Source: an uncultured Planctomycetaceae bacterium
GTDB lineage: Bacteria; Planctomycetota; SZUA-567
DNA: 40,387 nucleotides
NCBI GenBank assembly: GCA_964460225.1
Contig: CAYWTJ010000001.1
Location: 1 to 40,387, forward strand
Reading direction: 5' to 3'
Shown here: positions 34,213-40,387 of the stretch, in pieces
How positions within the stretch are numbered: position 1 is the stretch's first letter
How the letters are laid out: each line of letters opens with the position of its first letter
Position numbers and translations under genes: made by a program
Notes under the pieces: model-generated
Database searches by the model: none
The model's input: only the letters and a program-made list of their open reading frames with translations
Told to the model about the DNA's origin: nothing

Positions 34213-35586
34213 CTATTTTTCGGCCAGAGCCAGAGCGTGATTGCGGACATCGCCGATCAGGTACAGACTCCCGGTCACGAGAACCATTCCCTCCTCGCCG
34301 GCAAGCCGCAATGCCATATCCACCGCCGCGCAAGGATCATCCTTCACATCATGGCGGACATGCGGATACAGCTCCATGGCAATCCGCGCCATATCCTCCG
34401 GCAGCATGTGCCGGGGGCTGTTGTTCGCGGTGAAGATCACCGAACGCACCAGCGGCAACAAGATGCGCAGGATTCCGCGCACGTCCTTATCCGCGCAAGC
34501 GCTAAAAACCAGCACGCGGTTGAGCCGGGCCGGATAGCGCGCATTCACCGTCTCCGATAACGCCCACGCGCTGGCGGGATTGTGCGCGCCGTCAAGGATC
34601 AACTCCGGATTACGCCGCACCAGTTCAAACCGGCCGGGCGGGCAGACGTTGCGCCACGCCCGCGACAGCGCAAGATTGTCCACCGGCGCCTCCAAAAAAG
34701 CTTCGACCAGACCGATCGCCGCCAGCGCATTCTCCCTCTGATGCGCCCCCGCCAGCGCCAGCGGAACATCCGTATATTCCCCTTTGGTGGAACGCGCGCT
34801 GATGACCTGCATCACGCCGCCATTCTCGGCCGGGTCGAGGTCCCGGTAGTCCGTCAACACCAGTTCACGTCCGACCTGCCAGACCCGGATGTTCAGACGC
34901 TCGGCCTTGCGCTCGATCACCTTGCGCGCCGACGCCTCCTGCCGCCCCAGAATCAGCGTCGAACCCTGCCGGAGAATTCCGGCCTTCTCCAGCGCAATAT
35001 CGGTCAGTTCACTGCCCAGCACCTTGGTGTGATCGTAGCTTACCGGCGTGATGGCGCTCGCAACGACGGGCAGCGCGCTGACGTTGGTCGCATCCAACCG
35101 CCCGCCGAGGCCGACCTCAATCACGGCGATGTCGACCGCCTGATCGGCAAAAGCCTGATACCCGATGGCGGTGAGCATCTCAAAATAGGTCGGCCGGTCC
35201 TCCATTTGCTCGGCCGCACTCCGGACGGCGGCGAAGGCTTTGCAGAAAATCGCGCGGTTGAGATTCCGGCCGCCGATCTGAATCCGCTCCAGAAGGTCCG
35301 TGATGTGGGGGGAGGTATAGAGTCCGCACCGCAAGCCCAGCCCCGCCAGCGCACCGGCAGTCAAATAAGCGGTGGACCCTTTGCCCTTGGTGCCGGAGAT
35401 ATGAAGCACCGGATAATTCTGCTGCGGATTGTCGAGCAGGTCGAGCAGACGCTCCATGCGCGCGGTGCCAAGGGCACCGGTGCCGGCGGGGTAATCGGCG
35501 GTACGCTCGTAGTTCTGAAAACCGCCGAGGTACTCCAAAGCCTCCGGGTAGGACGGCAGGAGAACCATGCTCTTTTCATCGTTCAT
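34213..35586 (-). CDS. folC: bifunctional folylpolyglutamate synthase/dihydrofolate synthase (Mur-ligase family)
   Basis: HISGTKGKGST P-loop, VIEVGLGGRLDATN, DGAHNPAS. The internal ATG MNDEK is chosen; the track N-terminal extension is Arg/Gly-rich and unlikely to be real. Confidence 0.8.
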   Translation of the reverse strand: MNDEKSMVLLPSYPEALEYLGGFQNYERTADYPAGTGALGTARMERLLDLLDNPQQNYPVLHISGTKGKGSTAYLTAGALAGLGLRCGLYTSPHITDLLERIQIGGRNLNRAIFCKAFAAVRSAAEQMEDRPTYFEMLTAIGYQAFADQAVDIAVIEVGLGGRLDATNVSALPVVASAITPVSYDHTKVLGSELTDIALEKAGILRQGSTLILGRQEASARKVIERKAERLNIRVWQVGRELVLTDYRDLDPAENGGVMQVISARSTKGEYTDVPLALAGAHQRENALAAIGLVEAFLEAPVDNLALSRAWRNVCPPGRFELVRRNPELILDGAHNPASAWALSETVNARYPARLNRVLVFSACADKDVRGILRILLPLVRSVIFTANNSPRHMLPEDMARIAMELYPHVRHDVKDDPCAAVDMALRLAGEEGMVLVTGSLYLIGDVRNHALALAEK

Positions 35587-36517
35587 CGGTGTCTTCCATC
35601 CACAACCGGCACTCGCCGGGCCTGATCGTCTGAATCCCCTCATCACTGTGCCGGTGCCACGAACATCCCGTCCACCGGCCAGCACACCTCCAGCCCCCGG
35701 CCGGCAAGAGCAGGGATTGCTCCTCCCCGCCCGTTCCGCCGGCAAAACACGCGGCAAAAATATACCTCCGGCCATCGCAGCCTTGCGCGTACACCGCCCG
35801 CACCAGACGCGAACAGCCGCACTCAAGCCGCACAAGCCGGCGATCCTGAAAAATCTCATGCTGCAACACCACGGGACATTCGGAGATCAGAGCCGTCCCC
35901 CGGTCGGTCATTTCCGCTGCGTCCGGATCTTCCCCCGCAGACGGCAGCCAGTGGAACTCATCCCGGTTGGTCCCGTCCGCCGACAATTGCCGCCGCACCC
36001 AAAAAGTATCCGCGCCATAAATCCCCAATAGCGCGTATCGGTCATCGAGATTCACCCAGGGAGAGCGCAGATTCATCGACTCGCCCGCGCCATCAGCCTG
36101 CGGGAACAGCATGCCGCCATTTTTCGTGAAGCAAAAGATGCCGGAAGGATCGCTAAATGCCCAGGACGCCGGCAGCCCCGCCAGCAAGGCAGTCAGTTGA
36201 CCGTTTCCCCGTGAAGCAACCAGCGAACGGGGGGCGTCCATGCCTGCCTCCCGTTCTGCTCCGAAGCGAATCCCACTCGCGGCAGCGGCAAAGAATTCCA
36301 GCAGAATCAGCGTCTGTCCGTCCGGCAGGAGGCAGGCAGCCGCCTGCCGTCCGCCGTCGCACAGCATCCGGCAAGCGCCCGGCGAGAACGCCGCGGATGA
36401 ACCATACGCGGGCGCGTCTTCGCACACGCCCTCACGATCCGGAATGGTCAGATTCAGGGTGGCGCACCACCAGAGGTCCTTCAACGGCGCACACGGCAGG
36501 TCGGCTGGGGCGGGCAT
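35576..36517 (-). CDS. hypothetical Cys-rich protein; its stop overlaps the folC start by 11 nt
   Basis: GAGGGA RBS 8 nt upstream of the ATG. No recognisable domain. Codon usage matches the host. Confidence 0.4.
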   Translation of the reverse strand: MPAPADLPCAPLKDLWWCATLNLTIPDREGVCEDAPAYGSSAAFSPGACRMLCDGGRQAAACLLPDGQTLILLEFFAAAASGIRFGAEREAGMDAPRSLVASRGNGQLTALLAGLPASWAFSDPSGIFCFTKNGGMLFPQADGAGESMNLRSPWVNLDDRYALLGIYGADTFWVRRQLSADGTNRDEFHWLPSAGEDPDAAEMTDRGTALISECPVVLQHEIFQDRRLVRLECGCSRLVRAVYAQGCDGRRYIFAACFAGGTGGEEQSLLLPAGGWRCAGRWTGCSWHRHSDEGIQTIRPGECRLWMEDTDER

Positions 36518-36580
36518 CACAGGATCCCTCAAGGAGTTGCGCGGACACTGGTGGGATTGTCCCAAAATAAACCGTCCCTG

Positions 36581-37066
36581 TCAACGGGCTTCCAGCTCCA
36601 GAAGCCGGATTTTCCAGTCCAGCCCGGAACTGAATCCACCGAGAGAGTTCGCGGCCAGAACCCGGTGGCACGGCACCAAAATAGGAACCGGATTCGCACC
36701 GCATGCCTGCCCGACGGCCCTCGCCGCCAGCGGACTGCCCGCACGTGCGGCGAGTTCTCCATATGACACCGTCTGCGCATACGGAACTGCGCAGAGCGCC
36801 CGCCAGACGCGGATATGAAACACGGGGCCCTCCGGAAGAACCGGCGCAACCGTAAAAATCCTGCGCTTACCGGCCAAATACTGCCTCAGCTCGCGCTCCA
36901 AACGGTGGGCCTGTTCCGCTCTCGCGCCGCGAAAAGCCTCAATCCTCGCAACGTCCCCTTCCCGGTCATCGTCACCTGCCGCCGGAAAGCACAAACGGGA
37001 AATCCCCAGAGGCGTAACACTGGCGGTAAACGCCCCCCAATCCGTATCAATCCGGCAAACTTGCAT
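36581..37066 (-). CDS. ogt: methylated-DNA-protein-cysteine methyltransferase
   Basis: TVSYGELAARAGSPLAARAVGQACGANPVPILVPCHRV. The PCHRV active site and the helix-turn-helix DNA-binding segment are present. Confidence 0.8.
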   Translation of the reverse strand: MQVCRIDTDWGAFTASVTPLGISRLCFPAAGDDDREGDVARIEAFRGARAEQAHRLERELRQYLAGKRRIFTVAPVLPEGPVFHIRVWRALCAVPYAQTVSYGELAARAGSPLAARAVGQACGANPVPILVPCHRVLAANSLGGFSSGLDWKIRLLELEAR

Positions 37067-37279
37067 CTTCCTCCTCCGGCTCACCCACGTTCCCGCGCCC
37101 CATGAAGGAATGCCCTTCACGCAAGCACATATCGTACCACGATCCGGCTTCAGTTTACCATTTTGGTCAGGCCCTCTGCAAGTCTTTCCGAATCTTCCCT
37201 CGCTTCCCCTTCACCCGATCTCCGGCAAAGGCCCACATCCGGCTGCTTCCATCAGAATTCCGAATATCGGACTTCCCGC

Positions 37280-37310
37280 TTGACAAAGCGCAACCCATCG
37301 TGTATTTTTA
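37280..37310 (+). promoter_or_regulatory. sigma70-like promoter TTGACA-17-TATTTT upstream of the IclR-type regulator, followed by an AT-rich leader
   Basis: cTTGACAaagcgcaacccatcgtgTATTTTtaattcataaataattc. Confidence 0.35.
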
Positions 37311-37346
37311 ATTCATAAATAATTCTTATTAATCTATGGTTAATAC

Positions 37347-38159
37347 ATGACAACCTTCAAGCCTGTGCAATCCCTTCAACGCGGGATTCAAATGATTGAG
37401 TGTGCAGCCGCGCAAACGCACAGCTCCGGGACTGCGCTCAAGGAGCTGGCTGCGGCAGCGGGCTGCTCGGTTCCGGCGGCTTTTCATCTTGCACAAACCC
37501 TGGTTGATGCCGGCTTTTTGCGACGCGAGGAGAACCCGCCACGTTTTTTTCCCGGCGACCGCCTGTTGATGATCGCCGGCAATCATTCGCGCCGGAACAC
37601 GGATGCCAGCATGGAACGCCTGATGAACTGCATTCATGCCGCCTATCCGGAAGCAGGAATCTATTACTGCAACGAGTCGGGGGCGAATGTGCAGGTGCAT
37701 CTGCAACTGAACCCCGGCGACAATCTGGGCAAAATCGCCCATGATGTCGATTACATTCTCCCCCCCTATACCTCCGTGGCCTCGTTGATGCATCTTGCAT
37801 TCTGGCCGGCCGGGCGCGTCCGGCAATATGAAGCGGCTCACGATTTCGATGCCTTGGGGACCATTCTCTGGCCCTCCCGAGAAGCCCTGCGGCAGATGCT
37901 GAATGAGATCCGGGGGCGCGGTTGGTTCTTCCTGCCACTGCGCAACCCGCATCAACTGAGGGCAGGCTTCGGGGTCTTCTCCGCCAAGGGAGAATTCCGG
38001 GGCTCGCTTACGGTCTCGCGCGACCTGCCGCAAACGGAGGAGCCGGGCGCCGCGCGCGATGCGCTAAGCGCAAGCGTCCTGACGGTACTCCGGGCGGAAA
38101 CCGGCTGGGCGGCAGCCTTTGGCGCGCAAAAAACGAAGCGAGAACCGACCGCAACGTGA
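37347..38159 (+). CDS. IclR-family transcriptional regulator
   Basis: N-terminal VQSLQRGIQMIECAAAQ...GTALKELAAAAGCSVPAAFHLAQTLVDAGFL matches the IclR HTH layout. A C-terminal effector-domain-sized region follows. Confidence 0.6.
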   Translation: MTTFKPVQSLQRGIQMIECAAAQTHSSGTALKELAAAAGCSVPAAFHLAQTLVDAGFLRREENPPRFFPGDRLLMIAGNHSRRNTDASMERLMNCIHAAYPEAGIYYCNESGANVQVHLQLNPGDNLGKIAHDVDYILPPYTSVASLMHLAFWPAGRVRQYEAAHDFDALGTILWPSREALRQMLNEIRGRGWFFLPLRNPHQLRAGFGVFSAKGEFRGSLTVSRDLPQTEEPGAARDALSASVLTVLRAETGWAAAFGAQKTKREPTAT

Positions 38160-38198
38160 CACATTCAATCCTTTGGGACTTCCATAATTCAGGAGAAC

Positions 38199-39470
38199 AT
38201 GATGAGCGGGGTATCGATTCCGGAAGCAGCACGGCAGACACAGGTCGCGGGAACATGGGACGTGGTAGTCGTCGGCGGCGGAATTGCCGGCGTTGCGGCC
38301 GCGCTGTCGGCTGCGCGGCGCGGGGGCAAGGTGGCGCTGGTCGAGAAGGAATGCGGATTGGGCGGGTTGGCGACGCTGGCAAACGTGATCGTCTATCTGC
38401 CACTCTGCGACGGACGCGGCCGGCAAGTGATGGCGGGAATCACCGAAGAGCTGCTCAAGCTCTCGATGCGCGACGTGAAGACGGCGCACCCGGAGCAAGG
38501 CATCCGCCCGGTGCCGGAGTGCTGGCATGTGCCGTCCCTGCACCCCAGCGCAGAGCTGTTGCGCGCCCGCTGCAAGGATCGCTACCAGTGCGACTACAAT
38601 CCCCACTCCCTGATTCTGGAGTTGGAAGAACTGCTGCTTTCTCACGGGGTGGAGATCTTCTATGACACCCGCTTTTGCGGGTGCGCAAAAGACGGTACCC
38701 GCCTCACGCATGTCATCGTCGAGAACAAGAGCGGACGCCTCGCCCTCGCCGCAAGCGCGTTCATCGATTGCTCTGGAGACGCCGATCTCTGCGCCGCCGC
38801 GGGATGCGCCGCCGACGACATTGACGGCAACGTCGTCAGCGGCTGGTATTACCTCCTGCACAACGGAAAATTGGTGTTGCGCGCACACTCCCGCCGCTTC
38901 GACAGCGAGTTCCGCCGCGAGAAGGGCGAAGCCCCCTTCTTCTCCGGCATCCGGGGCAAGGATGTGAGCGGCCAGATCATAGAAACCCGCAACGACATCC
39001 GCTCCCAAATCGCCCGGATGCGCGCCGACAAACCGGAGGATGAGGTATTCCCGATCATGCTGCCCTCGATCCCGTCGTTCCGCGCCACCCGCCGCCTGCG
39101 CGGTGATTTCACCCTCACCGACGCCCACCGGCATGTCTGGTTCGACGACGCCCTCGGGCTTTTCGGAGACTGGCGCAAGGCGGGGCCGGTCTGGGCGCTT
39201 CCGATCGGTTCTCTGCGCACCGCACATTGCCCGAACCTGTATGCCGCCGGCCGCTGCCTCTCGGCGGATATCACGGTCTGGGATGTAACGCGCGTGATCC
39301 CGGTCTGCGCACTGAGCGGAGAGGCCGCCGGAGCCGCCGCGATGCACGCCAAACGGCATGGCGGAAACGACAGCAACAAGATCGACATTGCGCGCCTGCA
39401 GAATGACTTGCGGCAGGAACGCAACCTTATCGATTCGGCACTGGTCGCGGAAGCCCCCGAATACAAATAG
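38199..39470 (+). CDS. FAD-dependent oxidoreductase (GIDA/FAD_oxidored-like)
   Basis: WDVVVVGGGIAGVAAALSAARRGGKVALVEKE is a Rossmann dinucleotide-binding motif. AGGAGA RBS. Confidence 0.75.
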   Translation: MMSGVSIPEAARQTQVAGTWDVVVVGGGIAGVAAALSAARRGGKVALVEKECGLGGLATLANVIVYLPLCDGRGRQVMAGITEELLKLSMRDVKTAHPEQGIRPVPECWHVPSLHPSAELLRARCKDRYQCDYNPHSLILELEELLLSHGVEIFYDTRFCGCAKDGTRLTHVIVENKSGRLALAASAFIDCSGDADLCAAAGCAADDIDGNVVSGWYYLLHNGKLVLRAHSRRFDSEFRREKGEAPFFSGIRGKDVSGQIIETRNDIRSQIARMRADKPEDEVFPIMLPSIPSFRATRRLRGDFTLTDAHRHVWFDDALGLFGDWRKAGPVWALPIGSLRTAHCPNLYAAGRCLSADITVWDVTRVIPVCALSGEAAGAAAMHAKRHGGNDSNKIDIARLQNDLRQERNLIDSALVAEAPEYK

Positions 39471-39578
39471 CCGCACGGACGGAACTTCTGACGCGCCCGT
39501 AGGTGCGGGGAATTCACGGCAGGACGCCGACGGTTCTCTACGAGAGGAATTCCCGCTGCGCGTCCACAAAAGCGCCCT

Positions 39579-39612
39579 CCCCCGGTTATCGACCGGGGGA
39601 TTTCTTTCCTTG
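39579..39612 (+). terminator. rho-independent terminator of the oxidoreductase gene
   Basis: CCCCCGGTtatcgACCGGGGGatttctttcc. Confidence 0.65.
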
Positions 39613-39856
39613 CTGCGCCCCCCGCCCCACTCTTTGCGCGGAATCCGTTCTGACACGCGAGAATCAATCCGCCTGCGAATATTCTATAAATCCGGCATCA
39701 TCCGGGACTCATGATGGAATCCGCAACAGCCTTGCCGCTTACGAAAAGCGCACAAGAATAGATATTTCTTTATGGCATAATACGTTATAGCAATTCCCCA
39801 TTCTGGCACACATCTTGTAAATGCGCCCTCGTCCAATTTCTCAAAGGAGAAACCAA

Positions 39857-40387
39857 ATGAAAACGGTACTGTATGCTGTGTGCGCACTTGTGAGCGGGGG
39901 GCTTTGCGGAGTTTTGCCGGCGGCAGAAACAACCGATGCCACGCCCGCGGCCACCACGACGGCAACCGAGAAAGACGCCACAAAGGCGGAAAACAAAGCT
40001 GAAAAGCAGGCATTCCGGGAGGGTCAGCAGGAAAAGCGCACCGAGCATTTCGACCAGCAGAAGGAGGAAAATCAAGCCTTCCGCAAGGACGAAAAGGGCA
40101 AAGAACCGCAAGAAATCGCCGGGGACATCAAAACCCACCGCGAACAGCAATTCGCGGAGAATCAGCAGTTCCGTAAGGAGCAGTTCGACCGTTTGTACGC
40201 GTTTGTCAGCCAGAGACTGACCGAAAAGAACGTCGATGCGACAAAGAAGGAGGAAATCCTGAAATGGCTGACTGATCGCAATGCCGAACGCAACGCGCAT
40301 TTTCAGCAGCAGCACACGGAAAATATGGACTTCCTCGCCCAGCTCGCCGCAAAGTCCGACCTGACGATAGAGGAACTTCATGCGGAA
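39857..40387 (+). CDS. secreted Gln/Glu/Lys-rich repeat protein, partial (runs off the window end)
   Basis: AAAGGAGAAACCAAATG strong RBS. Signal peptide MKTVLYAVCALVSGGLCGVLPAAE. Degenerate repeats QAFREGQQEK/QAFRKDEKGK/QQFRKEQ. No stop before the window end. The antisense track ORF is rejected. Confidence 0.6.
   Translation, partial: MKTVLYAVCALVSGGLCGVLPAAETTDATPAATTTATEKDATKAENKAEKQAFREGQQEKRTEHFDQQKEENQAFRKDEKGKEPQEIAGDIKTHREQQFAENQQFRKEQFDRLYAFVSQRLTEKNVDATKKEEILKWLTDRNAERNAHFQQQHTENMDFLAQLAAKSDLTIEELHAE

Noticed and set aside
38064-39656. 530-aa minus-strand ORF antisense to the FAD oxidoreductase gene, and plus-strand ORF 34582..35625 antisense to folC
   Set aside because: Low-complexity Arg/Ala/Gly-rich products with no start context. 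Opposite strands carry recognisable enzymes.
39785-40381. 198-aa minus-strand ORF at the window end
   Set aside because: Antisense to a plus-strand gene that has a strong RBS and signal peptide. The Leu-rich translation is typical of antisense of K/E/Q-rich repeats.
1-40387. CRISPR arrays, rRNA genes, IS elements
   Set aside because: No regularly spaced short repeats, no rRNA-like conserved stretches and no transposase-like ORF with terminal inverted repeats were seen.

Overview
This is a high-GC (about 60-65%) bacterial chromosomal window. Two clues point to the Planctomycetes-Verrucomicrobia-Chlamydiae superphylum (Lentisphaerae or Verrucomicrobia-like): a prepilin-type protein with a C-terminal H-X9-DG motif, and an anaerobic [FeFe]-hydrogenase lifestyle.

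Gene order, left to right:
- tRNA-Arg(TCT) on the minus strand.
- A two-gene NfeD-like/flotillin operon.
- A small membrane protein followed by the [FeFe]-hydrogenase maturase GTPase hydF.
- A PfkB-family (KdgK-like) sugar kinase.
- A clearly lower-GC insertion, about 6.85-9.6 kb, holding one 760-aa NACHT-type STAND NTPase with an N-terminal Mrr-like restriction-endonuclease-fold domain. I read this as an NLR/Avs-like antiphage defence candidate.
- A minus-strand phage/satellite-like module: hypothetical protein, Toprim/CHC2 primase-like protein, small protein, XRE HTH, small serine recombinase.
- A secreted hypothetical protein and a DUF1559 prepilin-like protein.
- An ars-type thiol/arsenic redox cluster: uORF-coupled arsC, a secreted thioredoxin-like protein, CcdA, a double-thioredoxin fusion, a DGC-domain protein, an ArsP-like permease with a large insertion, and arsR with a promoter-embedded operator.
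- A phosphorelay: Hpt, a PAS hybrid histidine kinase with receiver, and a STAS protein.
- A bPH membrane protein and a sensory-type [FeFe] hydrogenase (HydS-like), recognised by its altered H-cluster motifs, an extra Cys cluster and a C-terminal PAS domain.
- Divergently, rex followed by a trimeric NuoE/NuoF/HydA bifurcating-type hydrogenase operon.
- folC, a Cys-rich hypothetical protein, ogt, an IclR-type regulator, an FAD-dependent oxidoreductase, and a partial secreted repeat protein.

The two most interesting systems are the STAND/Mrr-like gene with its adjacent mobile module, and the putative H2/redox-sensing regulatory circuit around the hydrogenase genes (HydS-PAS, Rex, Hpt/HK/STAS, palindromic operator candidates).

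Many long antisense ORFs in the six-frame track are GC artefacts and were rejected. CDS coordinates follow the ORF track. Coordinates of non-CDS motifs were counted by hand and may be off by 1-2 nt.
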